Source: Methyloceanibacter sp.
Lineage (GTDB): Bacteria; Pseudomonadota; Alphaproteobacteria; Rhizobiales; Methyloligellaceae
DNA: 64,000 bases
Assembly (NCBI GenBank): GCA_029287395.1
Contig: JARFRF010000138.1
Span: 20,752 to 84,751 of the forward strand
Direction: 5' to 3'
Shown: in pieces, positions 50,517 through 60,827 of the stretch
Position numbering within the stretch: the stretch's first letter is position 1
Layout of the letters: each line of letters starts with the position of its first letter
Translations under genes and position numbers: made by a program
The notes under the pieces: model-generated
Databases searched by the model: none
Told to the model about the DNA's origin: nothing
The model's input: the letters and a program-made list of their open reading frames with translations, nothing else

Positions 50517-51836
50517 TCAGGGCTCAGTTGCTGCCGCATCCTTGGCAGAAAAGCGATACACGTTCACGGCCAGCGCCACGTAGAGGGCGGACAAGCCCGT
50601 AAGCGCCATTAGCCATCCCTGCCACATGCCCCAGGCAAAGGCGATGATGGCGAAGAATGCCGCGACGTGGGCTGAGGCAAAGCGTTGAGCTCCGCGGGGA
50701 ATCGCGCCAAGTGACAAAATGACGGCAGAACCGGTAACCACGAATAGGATGACACCGACCGCGCCAAGCTCGTACCAGGTCTGAAGGAAGGCGTTGTGCG
50801 CATGCGCACCCGCGCGCCATCCGAAGCCCTCCTCCTTTTGTTTTTTCTTCCACTCCATCCTTCGATTATCCGGTGACTGATCGATCTTGCGAGTTGACGA
50901 GCCCCCGATGCCAAGTAGCGGCGTGGCTTGAACGTGCTCGGCGGTGTAGGCCCACAGGGTCACACGGGCCTGCGCCGAAAATGGAAGCCGGTCGGACTGA
51001 TGGAGCTCTGCTTTGTACGCCGCCGTCGCCAGTGGCACGACGAGCGCGAACGCAAGGCACCAAACGAGCCATAGCCCCCGCCGCGTCCCGGTAGGCGAGA
51101 GCGTTGCGAGCGCGAATACGACGAGACTGGCGACGATCCCAACTTTCGATGAATCGTGGTTCGATAGGAATATCGCTACCGTTGCGGCGATTAAGAGCGC
51201 AACGGCGACGACATAGCGGCTTCGGTGGCCAAGGTGCGTCACAGTGCAAAGCAGCGCGGGCCACAAGGCCAAGAGCATGACGGCGATCATGGCGTTAAAT
51301 TCGCCCGGAGGGATGCGCACAATCTCTCCGTTGCGGACCACAAATTCTTTGAGGCTGTCGGGCCGTGTGAATGCAAGGGCGTTATAGAGAGCCAGCGTTG
51401 CAACCCGTCCCGTCAGGGCCTCGAACAGCAGAAAGGCAACTCCAACCCCGATACCGATTACAAATGCCGCCGCCGCCATGCGCAGCGAGCACTCAGGCCA
51501 GCGCGCAAGCGCCCGCGCTGCAGCAAAACACATAAGAACGATGAGCGTAAACCAAAGGGCGGCTGTAAAGGCCCGCTCGGGGTCAAGCGACCAAGTGGCG
51601 TTGACGAAGAGATAGGCGGCGGTGATACCGAAAAGCGCTAGAGTCGCATTGATCCGGAACAGCCCCGTGACACCATTACCGCGCGCAATTTCCAGTCCAA
51701 CGCAGCAAAGAAAGAGCACAACGAGTATCGCAACCGTTGTCTTCGGCACCAGCAGCGTCAGGAGCGGGCCAAGGAAAAACAGCGTGCGGATGATCGCCGG
51801 CTCTCGCCGAAGCGCGAGTTTGGCAAGTTGCTGCAT
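50517..51836 (-). CDS. O-antigen ligase (WaaL/Wzy_C) family membrane protein
   Basis: Many TM helices, R..LW, P.LG.G, HAHN.FLQ.W.ELG.VG. Confidence 0.85.
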   Translation of the reverse strand: MQQLAKLALRREPAIIRTLFFLGPLLTLLVPKTTVAILVVLFLCCVGLEIARGNGVTGLFRINATLALFGITAAYLFVNATWSLDPERAFTAALWFTLIVLMCFAAARALARWPECSLRMAAAAFVIGIGVGVAFLLFEALTGRVATLALYNALAFTRPDSLKEFVVRNGEIVRIPPGEFNAMIAVMLLALWPALLCTVTHLGHRSRYVVAVALLIAATVAIFLSNHDSSKVGIVASLVVFALATLSPTGTRRGLWLVWCLAFALVVPLATAAYKAELHQSDRLPFSAQARVTLWAYTAEHVQATPLLGIGGSSTRKIDQSPDNRRMEWKKKQKEEGFGWRAGAHAHNAFLQTWYELGAVGVILFVVTGSAVILSLGAIPRGAQRFASAHVAAFFAIIAFAWGMWQGWLMALTGLSALYVALAVNVYRFSAKDAAATEP

Positions 51837-52007
51837 GGAGTTGACCGTATTGTAGCGCTGCCGCAGGGCCCATTGGCGGTTGGGGAGATGAAGTCTGTTG
51901 CTATGGCTTAGCATCCCGGAGGCGCACTCGGAAGCACCCGACACGAAGCCTGTGGGCAAGCCCCCTGAGGTTCGGAGTTGCTGACGAGCCTTCGGGTAAG
52001 TCTCCAG

Positions 52008-52943
52008 CTAAACCTGTGCAGCAGGGTCCCGCTGCGGAACCGGGCCTCCGGTACCGAATAGTCCCCAACGACGCTGCAGACGGCGGACAATTTGATGCAC
52101 GAGGCGTAGCGCCTCGTCGCTGAAGAAGCTGGAGGACCCATCCTCCAATGCAAGCGGACGCACCGCGCCAGTCTCGTGGCGCGCTTCGCGCCAGGTCTCC
52201 CACAATCTTTGGTCGATCCGGTTTTCCGCCTGAATGCTTGCGACCGTCTCTCGGGAGAGCACCTCTTGTGTCAAAGGAGTCCAACCGGCCCCGCGTGCTA
52301 AGTCCTGATGGCCGTTGTGAAGAAGCGCGTTGGCCGAGATGTCAAGCCTATCGCCAAGGGCACTCAATAAATCGTCGCACAGCGTGTAATCGCCGACGAA
52401 CCAGAACATGGAGAGAAACGCGTTTGCCAGATCGTATTTGTCTTGGTCAGAAAGGCTAGCGATACGCACCCAGCTCAGTTCGAGAAAATTGTTGAGGATG
52501 TAATGCGTGATGAAGTTGCGCCGCATGGCCCCATAGGCCACATCGATGCTGTAGGGCTGCAATCCCTCGCTGATGTAGCGCGTCATGCGGAAATTGTAAT
52601 AGGACACGAAATGACTTGCGGGATCGCGCAGCAACAAACTGCGCTTGATGAGACGGTCCGCAAAGAATGAATCGACCGAGAGCCCCAGATGATGCCCGCT
52701 CACCACTTGGGTCTGCTTCGGATTAGCCAATTTAGAGATGTCGTAGCCGGTTACAATTCGGCCGATGCCGTGGCGACGGCGTACACGATGGTAGGAGCCT
52801 GCGGGCAATGCGCTGGCTAGGTGCCGGTCGATGGTCCGCCCTGCACATTTGGGCACATGGTAGATGAAATGGACGGGCCGCGTATTTGCGCCGTGGCCCT
52901 GCTGTGCTCGTGCCTGCATGTGTGTTGGAGTACTCGAATACAT
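52008..52943 (-). CDS. Sulfotransferase-like protein
   Basis: HVPKCAGRT (PAPS-binding-like), SGHH, LRDP...FVSYYN; start uncertain. Confidence 0.65.
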   Translation of the reverse strand: MYSSTPTHMQARAQQGHGANTRPVHFIYHVPKCAGRTIDRHLASALPAGSYHRVRRRHGIGRIVTGYDISKLANPKQTQVVSGHHLGLSVDSFFADRLIKRSLLLRDPASHFVSYYNFRMTRYISEGLQPYSIDVAYGAMRRNFITHYILNNFLELSWVRIASLSDQDKYDLANAFLSMFWFVGDYTLCDDLLSALGDRLDISANALLHNGHQDLARGAGWTPLTQEVLSRETVASIQAENRIDQRLWETWREARHETGAVRPLALEDGSSSFFSDEALRLVHQIVRRLQRRWGLFGTGGPVPQRDPAAQV

Positions 52944-53117
52944 ATTTGGAAGCTTGGCACTACCATACTTAACAACTCCTTTAGGGCGTTGGTTCCCCAA
53001 GAACGGAGCTGTGCAGCGCCAGTACCAAATGCGAAGCGATCGTTATCAGAAGCTGTGGCGGAAGCGAGGCCAAAAAGTGCAGGAATAGGCGCCGTTCACA
53101 CACGTTTTTTTGAACGT

Positions 53118-54314
53118 CTAGAATTGCTTGGATGATCGGAAGGCGGCAGCAAGCTCCGTACCCAAAAGTTGGTCGTAAACACCCAAAGTTGCCCGTTGCA
53201 TATCGTGTAGAGCGAATTGTTTTCGTACGTGTGTGCGTGCCCGCTGACCCATAGCCGAAAGCGCCTGAGGTGAAAGGGCTAAAGCCTCGGCAAGACACTC
53301 AGCGAGGGCACCGGCATCGGCAGCTGGCGCGACCCATCCTGTTGCGATGCCCCCAGCGGTTTGGGGCACAACGTTCTCGCTTGCGGCTCCGATGTCGCTG
53401 ACGATGACTGGACACCCTGCGGCCTGAGACTCGACGCTAGTGCGTCCAAACGTCTCAGCACGCGTCGATGCCAGGACAGCAATGTCGGAGAGCAGAAATG
53501 CCGCCGGGATGTCGTCGCAATGCCCTACAAGGCGCACCGCGTGCGCGAGGTCTGCGGCATCGATCTCTGCTTGGAGCTCTTCGCGATAGTCGTCGCGTCC
53601 CTGTGAGTCGCCAGCAAAAATGAACACAATGTTCTTGAGGTGGTCTTGCTCTTTCAGCTGACGGGCCGCTTCGATCGTATAGTGGTGCCCTTTCCATCGG
53701 GTAAGTCTTGCAGCCTGCAAGACAACGCGCTGACGCGGATCGAGTCCCCAGGCTTGTCTGAGCCGCGCGATGCGCTCCGGTGCTACCTTCTCCGCGTCAA
53801 AAGCGGCGACATCGAAGCCGCGATGGATGACGTGCAGATGCTCCGGCGGCACAGAATAGCGGCTGGAAATAAGATCGGCCGTGAAGCGGGAGTTCGCAAT
53901 CACTCGGTCCCCGCGCGCCATGACGCCGTTGTAAAATGTCTTGAGCCAACTCCGGCCGCTATACGCTCCGTGATAGGTCGTCACGAAGGGGCGTCGTGTC
54001 CGGCGTGCCGCAAGATATGCGCTCCAGGCAGGTGCGCGGCTGCGAGCATGCAGCAGCGTGACGTGGCGGTCCTCGACGATCCTCTGCAGACGTTGCGCGT
54101 TGGCGAGAATAGTGATCGGGTTCTTACTCCCGACGGGCAGCTTGATCATCTCTCCACCCACGTCCTCAAGGGCGGTTGCCAAGCGTCCCCCTTCGGTGGC
54201 AACCAGGGCTTTCGCGCCGGCTTCCGTCAGCGCTGCAGCGATTTCAACAGTCGACTGCTCGCTACCGCCGGTTTCAAGCCTTGGCACGACCTGCAATATG
54301 GTCACATCCGACAT
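53118..54314 (-). CDS. Glycosyltransferase family 4
   Basis: LQVVP.L.TGG.E, HARSRAPAW, TTYHG, RLT.WKG, ETFGR..VESQA.G. Confidence 0.93.
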   Translation of the reverse strand: MSDVTILQVVPRLETGGSEQSTVEIAAALTEAGAKALVATEGGRLATALEDVGGEMIKLPVGSKNPITILANAQRLQRIVEDRHVTLLHARSRAPAWSAYLAARRTRRPFVTTYHGAYSGRSWLKTFYNGVMARGDRVIANSRFTADLISSRYSVPPEHLHVIHRGFDVAAFDAEKVAPERIARLRQAWGLDPRQRVVLQAARLTRWKGHHYTIEAARQLKEQDHLKNIVFIFAGDSQGRDDYREELQAEIDAADLAHAVRLVGHCDDIPAAFLLSDIAVLASTRAETFGRTSVESQAAGCPVIVSDIGAASENVVPQTAGGIATGWVAPAADAGALAECLAEALALSPQALSAMGQRARTHVRKQFALHDMQRATLGVYDQLLGTELAAAFRSSKQF

Positions 54315-54360
54315 CGTGTCGCTTCTATCCTCGAAACCCAAAGCGTGGGCAGCTCGCAAA

Positions 54361-55158
54361 ATGAATCAGCAAGAACCACATTTTCTAGATATTGGCCAAG
54401 GGGTTCATGCTCGCCGCATAGCCTACCGCTTCGATGGCGGCGCTTCCGACACGAGCCCTGCGATTGTGTGGCTCTCAGGTTTCCTGTCCGACATGGCAAG
54501 CACAAAGGTCGTCTTCCTAAGCGAGTGGGCGTCTGAGAAGGGCTACGCCATTCTGCGGTTCGACTATTCGGGCCACGGCCTCTCCGGCGGCGACATTCAA
54601 AAGGCCTCCGTCGGTGCCTGGCTAGAGGAGGCGGTTGCCATGCTTGAGCTGGTGAGCAAGAGACCCATTATCCTCGTTGGCTCCTCGCTCGGTGGCTGGA
54701 TATCGCTCCTTCTTGCTCGCACACTTGGGCAACATGGCGATGCCGGTCTTAAGGGGCTGGTGCTGATCGCGCCCGCCTGGGACATGACCGAGAAACTGAT
54801 GTGGGAGAAGATGTCGGACGATGCGCGCAATGCGGTGCTCACTGAGGGCGTCTTCTACGCCCCTTCGGACTACGACGACCCCTATCCGATCACCAGGATT
54901 CTGATCGAGGAGGGGCGCAAGCACCTATTGGCGTCGAGGAATATTCCTGTCAGCGCGCCCGTGCGCATCCTTCAGGGAATGCACGACGAGGACGTACCGT
55001 GGGAGCACAGCGTTGCCCTGGTCGACCTTCTTGCTGAGGACGATGTGGACCTCACGCTGGTCAAGACGGGCGGCCATCGCCTGTCGGAGCCAGGCGACTT
55101 GAGGCGTCTTGCGCGCACCATCGAGGCTCTCATAAAGCCTGATGCGACGCTCGCATAA
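54361..55158 (+). CDS. Alpha/beta hydrolase (ABHD10-like)
   Basis: GF.SDM..TK, RFDYSGHG.S, GSSLGG, ILQG..D.DVP, G.HRLS. Confidence 0.9.
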   Translation: MNQQEPHFLDIGQGVHARRIAYRFDGGASDTSPAIVWLSGFLSDMASTKVVFLSEWASEKGYAILRFDYSGHGLSGGDIQKASVGAWLEEAVAMLELVSKRPIILVGSSLGGWISLLLARTLGQHGDAGLKGLVLIAPAWDMTEKLMWEKMSDDARNAVLTEGVFYAPSDYDDPYPITRILIEEGRKHLLASRNIPVSAPVRILQGMHDEDVPWEHSVALVDLLAEDDVDLTLVKTGGHRLSEPGDLRRLARTIEALIKPDATLA

Positions 55159-55161
55159 GCC

Positions 55162-56037
55162 TCATGGCTTCAGCGCCGCCAGCCCCTCACGAAAAGTCGG
55201 ATAACGGAGCTTCACGCCGAGATCGGACTTTATGCGCGCATTGCCGATCTTTCGGCTCCCCTCATAAAAACTCCGCACCATCGGCGACAGATCGGCCTCA
55301 TCGAAGTCAATTTCCGGCGGCGGTTCGACACCAATCATTCGAGCGGCGTAGGCCACGATGTCACCCGGCGCTGCGGGTTCATCATCTGCGACATTGTAAA
55401 TTTCTCCAGCCTGCGGCTGTGCAATCGAGGCCTCAAGCACTGTGGCGATATCCTCGACATGAATGCGGCTGAAAACTTGGCCCTGCTTGTTGATACGTCG
55501 TGCCGTGCCGGCCGCAAGCTTGTCAAAGACGCTGCGGCCCGGACCATAAATGCCAGCCAGCCTGAAGATATGCACCGGCACGCCGGTTTTGGCACCGAAG
55601 TCGAGCCAGGCCTGTTCTGCGAGCACGCGGGCCTCGGTTCGGGCGCTGTTGGGCTTGGGCGGCGTGTCCTCACTGACCCAGTCGCCCTGCTGATCGCCGT
55701 AGACCCCAACCGTCGACAGGTATCCCACCCATTGCAGAGTCGGGAGTTGGGTCAGCACCTCGCCGTAGTGGGTCAGCACGTGGTCTCCGTGGCTGGCATC
55801 GTCCTGCCGACTCGGTGGGATCGAATGCAGCAGATGGGTGGTCCCCTTTAGGATGCGATCAATACCCGGGTGCGGCGCATCGCCGGAAAATGGCGCAGCA
55901 TCGAACCCCTGGGCCCGCAAAGCATCCCGTTTCGACTCGTCCCGAGCTGTTCCGGCGATGGTCCAGCCACGTCCGGCCAAGCGCGGCGCGAGCGTTTGCG
56001 CGGAGTACCCGAAGCCGAAAGCGAACAAACGGCTCAT
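55162..56037 (-). CDS. NAD-dependent epimerase/SDR-family oxidoreductase
   Basis: GFGYSA, YLSTVGVYGD, RLAGIYGPGR, FSRIHV.DI; ATGA overlap with queG. Confidence 0.9.
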   Translation of the reverse strand: MSRLFAFGFGYSAQTLAPRLAGRGWTIAGTARDESKRDALRAQGFDAAPFSGDAPHPGIDRILKGTTHLLHSIPPSRQDDASHGDHVLTHYGEVLTQLPTLQWVGYLSTVGVYGDQQGDWVSEDTPPKPNSARTEARVLAEQAWLDFGAKTGVPVHIFRLAGIYGPGRSVFDKLAAGTARRINKQGQVFSRIHVEDIATVLEASIAQPQAGEIYNVADDEPAAPGDIVAYAARMIGVEPPPEIDFDEADLSPMVRSFYEGSRKIGNARIKSDLGVKLRYPTFREGLAALKP

Positions 56038-57242
56038 TGAGCTTGCACTCCGTCGTCCGCGAGCCATTCCGCCTGGACGTGGCGATCCGCCTCCTCCGCA
56101 AGTCTCTGCGGACGAAGGGCGTCAAACAGACTTGGGTCTAGACGCCGGAGTGCCCACACCGCCATAGCCCGTACGAGAGGAGATGCATCCCCGATGAGCC
56201 GTTTGATACAAGGGACAAGCGATGGGTCCTTCGAATTCCCCGCTGCGATGAGCGCGTTGCGCACAAAGCGGTCGCGTCCGGTGCGCTTAATCGGTGTAGC
56301 GCGGAAGCGCTCTCGGAATGCCGCGTCGTCTAGCATTAGAATTTCGGCGAGGGGCGGATCGTCGGCCTGAGGCCGGATGGCAAGTCGTGCTTCGTTGCCC
56401 GCGTTCGCAAATTTGTTCCAAGGGCAAACGGCAAGACAATCGTCGCATCCATAAATGCGATTCCCCATCGCAACGCGGAATTCATCCGCAATATGCCCTT
56501 TGTGCTCGATGGTCAGATACGAAATGCACCGACGCGCATCGATCTCGTAGGGTGCCGTGAATGCGTTTGTCGGGCACGCATCAAGACACAGGCGGCAGGA
56601 ACCGCAATGGTCCACTTCCGGCGAGTCCGCCTCAATCGCGGCGGTAGCGAAGATCGAACCTAAGAACAGCCAAGAGCCGAAACGCCGTGAAACCAAATTC
56701 GTGTGCTTGCCCTGCCAGCCAAGTCCGGCCTTCGCCGCCAGCGGTTTTTCCATCACAGGCGCCGTGTCGACAAAAACCTTCACATCGCCGCCCGCCAAGG
56801 CTTGGATCTGCCCGGCAAGCTGTTTGAGCTTGCCTTTGATGACGTCATGATAGTCGGCGCGCTTCGCGTAGATCGATACCGCCCCCCGCGATGTGCGTCG
56901 CAATGATGCGAGCGGATCGGCAGAGCTGCCATAGTTCATTCCTACGAAGACGATGCTGCGAACATCTGGCCACAGCGCCTTGGGACTCCTCCGGCGCTCG
57001 GCCGTGTCCTGTAGCCAGCGCATGTCGCCCTGCCTGCCCTCGGCGACAAAGGCATCGAGCGCGGCGCCCATTTCTTCAGGTGCATCCGCGCTGGTGACCC
57101 GTATGACGTCGAATCCAATCGCCTCTCCCTGCTTGGTGATGTACTGCTTGAGAGACTGCCCCATCACAGGTGCCCGCCCGCAGGCAGCATCGTGACCAGG
57201 CGCCTGCGACGATGCCCCCTTCTCAGAAATCGAGGTCGGCAT
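56034..57242 (-). CDS. queG: Epoxyqueuosine reductase
   Basis: DYH, FVDTAPVMEK, GWQGKHT, CGSC..C..ACPT, CISYLTIE, GCDDCLAVCPWN. Confidence 0.96.
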   Translation of the reverse strand: MPTSISEKGASSQAPGHDAACGRAPVMGQSLKQYITKQGEAIGFDVIRVTSADAPEEMGAALDAFVAEGRQGDMRWLQDTAERRRSPKALWPDVRSIVFVGMNYGSSADPLASLRRTSRGAVSIYAKRADYHDVIKGKLKQLAGQIQALAGGDVKVFVDTAPVMEKPLAAKAGLGWQGKHTNLVSRRFGSWLFLGSIFATAAIEADSPEVDHCGSCRLCLDACPTNAFTAPYEIDARRCISYLTIEHKGHIADEFRVAMGNRIYGCDDCLAVCPWNKFANAGNEARLAIRPQADDPPLAEILMLDDAAFRERFRATPIKRTGRDRFVRNALIAAGNSKDPSLVPCIKRLIGDASPLVRAMAVWALRRLDPSLFDALRPQRLAEEADRHVQAEWLADDGVQAQ

Positions 57243-57909
57243 AAGTCCCCGCCGGGACGAAGCCCGCGACCCTGTCCAGCAAGAGCGGGCGGAACGAGGG
57301 CCGAGATTTCACTAGAGCATACCAATTCTTCGCCGCTTCGAACTGCTCCCACGGCACCTCGCCAATGTAGTCTAGTGCGGACAGATGTGCTGCCGCCGCC
57401 AAGTCTGCAAAGCTCAGTGCATCGCCAGCCAGCCAGCTGCGTGTCTCCGTCAAATGGCCGATATAGGCCATATGATAGCGCAAATTATCGCGACCCGCCC
57501 GCATCGCGTCCATATCCGGCGAGGTGCTGTTGGGCCCAAACCGGCGAAAGACCTTCTCGATGACGAGGTAGTCGGTGACCTCCGAATGGAATTTGTGATG
57601 AAACCACTCGACAAGACGCCGTGCCTCAGCTCGGGCATCGGCTTCGCCGGGGAAGGGTTGAAACGCAGTTATCGGACGGTCATCGAGCGTATCGGACAAC
57701 CACTCAGAGATAGCGTACCACCCGGCGATCGGCGGACCGTCGTCCGGAATTAAAACGGGCAACGTGCCCGCCGGGTTCAGTGCCAAGAACTCCGGCCGCC
57801 ATTCCCAGGGCTTCTCCTCGTTCAACTCAGCCTCGACCCCGCATTCTGCAAGGGCCAGGCGAGTTGACCTGGAGAAGGCGCACAGCGGATGGTGGAGAAG
57901 ACTCGCCAT
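57223..57909 (-). CDS. fzlA: GST-family protein, FtsZ-binding FzlA-like
   Basis: E.PWE.R.EFL.LNPAG.LPVL, KSRPSFRPLL, C-terminal YADLDF; adjacent to queG. Confidence 0.8.
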   Translation of the reverse strand: MASLLHHPLCAFSRSTRLALAECGVEAELNEEKPWEWRPEFLALNPAGTLPVLIPDDGPPIAGWYAISEWLSDTLDDRPITAFQPFPGEADARAEARRLVEWFHHKFHSEVTDYLVIEKVFRRFGPNSTSPDMDAMRAGRDNLRYHMAYIGHLTETRSWLAGDALSFADLAAAAHLSALDYIGEVPWEQFEAAKNWYALVKSRPSFRPLLLDRVAGFVPAGTYADLDF

Positions 57910-58045
57910 GGTGGCCTTTGCGGACTAATGCTTCGGAACGGGGCCGGCTGGAAAATGTATCGCGCGAACCGCGAGAGCCCCGTATAGAACTTGCGGGTGA
58001 TACGAACAAGCGGCACGGGGTGAGCCGCGTGAGGGGATGGGGACC

Positions 58046-58843
58046 ATGACTGTAGAGCAAATCATTGTCATCGCGGTGGTTCAGGGAATCACTGAGTTTC
58101 TGCCGATTTCCTCGTCTGGCCACCTGGTTCTCGTGCCGTACCTGCTTCACTGGCCGGACCAGGGCCACTTCGTCGATGTCATGGTGCACGTGGGAACCCT
58201 GTTTGCCATTCTGATCTACTTCTGGCGCGATGTATGGAAGCTGATTCGCGGCGCGTTGGAGCTTTTCCGCGGCAAGGTCACCCAAGATGGCAAACTCGCC
58301 ATCTACATCGTGTTGGCAACGATTCCGGCGGTTGCCTTCGGGTTGTTTCTCAAGAAGTTCGGCTTCGGCGATCTCGAGCGAAGCGTCACCATCGTCGCAT
58401 GGAACACCGTGATCTACGGCGTTCTGATGCTTGTTGCAGATATGGTCGGCAAGCAGGAGAACACAATGGAGAACATGACGCTGAAGAGCGCATTGTTCAT
58501 CGGTGTGGCGCAGGCCCTAGCCCTTATTCCCGGCACAAGCCGCTCTGGTGTCACCATGACTGCCGCGCGCTTCTTGAACTACACGCGCCCCGACGCGGCA
58601 CGGTTTTCCTTCCTCCTCGGTATCCCCGCAATCGCGGGCGCTGGCGTCCTGACCGTGGGAGAGGCGCTAGCGGCGGGCGATACAATTACGATGGATTCGA
58701 TCTACTGCGCGATCTTGACCTTTTTCGCGGGGCTAGCGGCGATTGCGTTCTTGATGGCCTTGGTGCGGCGCATCAGCTTCTTGCCGTTCGTGCTGTACCG
58801 CATGGTGCTCGGCGGGTTCCTTCTTTTCATGATCTATTCGTAG
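58046..58843 (+). CDS. uppP: Undecaprenyl-diphosphate phosphatase
   Basis: QGITEFLPISSSGH, H.GT, QALALIPGTSRSG, ARFSFLL. Confidence 0.96.
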   Translation: MTVEQIIVIAVVQGITEFLPISSSGHLVLVPYLLHWPDQGHFVDVMVHVGTLFAILIYFWRDVWKLIRGALELFRGKVTQDGKLAIYIVLATIPAVAFGLFLKKFGFGDLERSVTIVAWNTVIYGVLMLVADMVGKQENTMENMTLKSALFIGVAQALALIPGTSRSGVTMTAARFLNYTRPDAARFSFLLGIPAIAGAGVLTVGEALAAGDTITMDSIYCAILTFFAGLAAIAFLMALVRRISFLPFVLYRMVLGGFLLFMIYS

Positions 58844-58919
58844 GGGCCCCGTGTCCGAGACCCATAGTGGTGGCGCCGGCATCGAGGTGTGCCGAGCCAC
58901 GCCTGACTGTGCCGTGTCC

Positions 58920-59894
58920 TCAGGCCTTGTAGACTGAAAACTGTCCACGCGGACGGAACTGCTCCAGATAGTCTGGCACAACGTCGGCTACGGCGACGGG
59001 TTCGATCCCAAGCCCTTTGAGCGTGCGTCCGTCTTTCTCCGCTTCCGCACTAACAACATTGTCTTTCTCTAGGAGGCGGACCTGGTCGATGGTGAGCGGC
59101 GGGTTAGGGAGCCACTGCAGCAGCGCGCCCTGCAGTTTGGCGAGCCAAAACGGCAGCGGGATGAGCGGGCGCGAACGCATTGTATAAGCGAGCACCCGCT
59201 CCATCACATCCTTCATGGTCAGGATTTCGGGGCCACCAATCTCATAGGGCGCGTCCGTCTTGCAACGACCTTCAATGGCCGCAACTAAGGTCTGTGCCAC
59301 GTCGCCGACAAAGACCGGCTGGAACTTCGTTTGGCCGCCACCAATCAGGGGCAAGGCGGGAAAAACTTGCGCCATCGCGCCAAACCGGTTGAAGAACTCG
59401 TCCTCGGGGCCGAACACGACCGAGGGTCGGACGATGGTCGCATTGGGGTAGACTTTGCGAACGCCTGCCTCGCCTGCGGCTTTGCTCCGGGCGTAGATTG
59501 AGTATGAGTCCGCGTCGGCGCCGATCGCCGATACGTGGACAAACGTCTGGGCTCCGGCCAGCCTTGCGGCCTTGGCCACGTTATGTGCACCCTCGTCTTG
59601 GACTGACTTAAATGTCTGTTTGCCGGAGGCGAACAGAATTCCAACGAGGTTCACGACCGCATCCGCGTCCTCAGCTGCCGTTACGAGCGACTCCGGGAAC
59701 CGCACGTTCGCTTGCACAGGCATAATCTGGCCGACGCCCCCCAGCGGCTGAAGGTGGCCGGCGAGATCGGGACGGCGGCATGCGACCCGGATCCGCGCCC
59801 CCGTGCGTGCAATGGCGCGGACGAGATGGCGTCCAAGAAATCCGGAGCCACCGTAAACGGTTACCAGCGTTCGATTGTTAAGTGTTACGCCCAC
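58920..59894 (-). CDS. Complex I NDUFA9-family NAD(P)-binding protein
   Basis: GGSGFLGR, LQPLG.VGQI, VNLVGIL, HVSAIGA, RPSVVFGPED.FFNRF. Confidence 0.92.
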   Translation of the reverse strand: MGVTLNNRTLVTVYGGSGFLGRHLVRAIARTGARIRVACRRPDLAGHLQPLGGVGQIMPVQANVRFPESLVTAAEDADAVVNLVGILFASGKQTFKSVQDEGAHNVAKAARLAGAQTFVHVSAIGADADSYSIYARSKAAGEAGVRKVYPNATIVRPSVVFGPEDEFFNRFGAMAQVFPALPLIGGGQTKFQPVFVGDVAQTLVAAIEGRCKTDAPYEIGGPEILTMKDVMERVLAYTMRSRPLIPLPFWLAKLQGALLQWLPNPPLTIDQVRLLEKDNVVSAEAEKDGRTLKGLGIEPVAVADVVPDYLEQFRPRGQFSVYKA

Positions 59895-60038
59895 GGCAAA
59901 GCCTCGTTCTCTCGTCGCTCCGTTTCGCGCATGCAACATGCCACGAAGACGCGCTACCTTGAAGGCGGTTATTCGTCTCAACTCCGCGGGTGAAAGAATT
60001 GACATTGCCCAGCGCCAATCGTACCTCAACGAACTCAA

Positions 60039-60125
60039 GCCCAGGTGGCGGAATTGGTAGACGCGCTAGCTTCAGGTGCTAGTGCCCGTATGGGCGTGGA
60101 AGTTCGAGTCTTCTCCTGGGCACCA
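60039..60125 (+). tRNA. tRNA-Leu (anticodon CAG)
   Basis: GCCCAGG/CCTGGGC acceptor stem, loop TTCAGGT, variable arm, GTTCGAGTC T-loop, encoded CCA; TTGACA at 59999. Confidence 0.98.
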
Positions 60126-60206
60126 CCTATCGTCTCGTCCACGACCGAGCGGTGGGTAAAACGGGCCGCATGAGGGGTGTGAAGGCATCCTTCCGGAAAG
60201 GCGAAC

Positions 60207-60827
60207 GTGAGCCAGTCTTCGAACATCGAGCTTTTCAAGGGAGACCTGCCGCCGGGGCGGTTTGCGGCCAAGGCGATTGCGGTCGACACAGAAACGCTCG
60301 GCCTCAACCCACATCGCGACCGGCTGTGCCTCGTGCAGCTGTCCGATGGCGATGGTACAGCGGCCCTCGTTCAAGTTTCGCCAGACGACGATGCAACGGA
60401 GTTGAAGCGGCTGCTCGCAGATGAGAGCGTCCTGAAGATATTTCACTACGCTCGATTCGATGTCGCTGTGTTGAAGCACGCCCTCGGTGTCGACACGGCG
60501 CCGATCTATTGCACCAAGATCGCCTCGAAACTGGCACGGACCTATACAGATCGTCACGGCTTGAAGGATTTGTGCCGGGAACTGCTTGGAATCGAAGTCT
60601 CCAAGCAGCAGCAGTCGTCGGACTGGGGTGCGGAGATGCTCAGCCCCGAACAGCTCAGCTACGCAGCCAGCGACGTGTTATATTTGCACGCCCTAAAGGA
60701 ACGGCTCGATGCCATGCTGGATCGCGAGGGACGGACCCATTTGGCCAGCGCCTGTTTCGCATTTCTCCCGGTTCGGGCCGAGTTGGACCTCAAGGGCTGG
60801 TCCGAGATTGATGTTTTCGCCCATTGA
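60207..60827 (+). CDS. rnd: Ribonuclease D (short form)
   Basis: AVDTET.GL, RLCLVQL, FHYARFD, CTKIAS, QQSSDWG, YAASDV. Confidence 0.93.
   Translation: MSQSSNIELFKGDLPPGRFAAKAIAVDTETLGLNPHRDRLCLVQLSDGDGTAALVQVSPDDDATELKRLLADESVLKIFHYARFDVAVLKHALGVDTAPIYCTKIASKLARTYTDRHGLKDLCRELLGIEVSKQQQSSDWGAEMLSPEQLSYAASDVLYLHALKERLDAMLDREGRTHLASACFAFLPVRAELDLKGWSEIDVFAH

Noticed and set aside
53640-54536. Long alternative-frame ORFs (e.g. 53640-54536, 4879-5637, 31077-31871, 62991-63731)
   Set aside because: Antisense shadows of well-supported genes, expected in GC-rich DNA.
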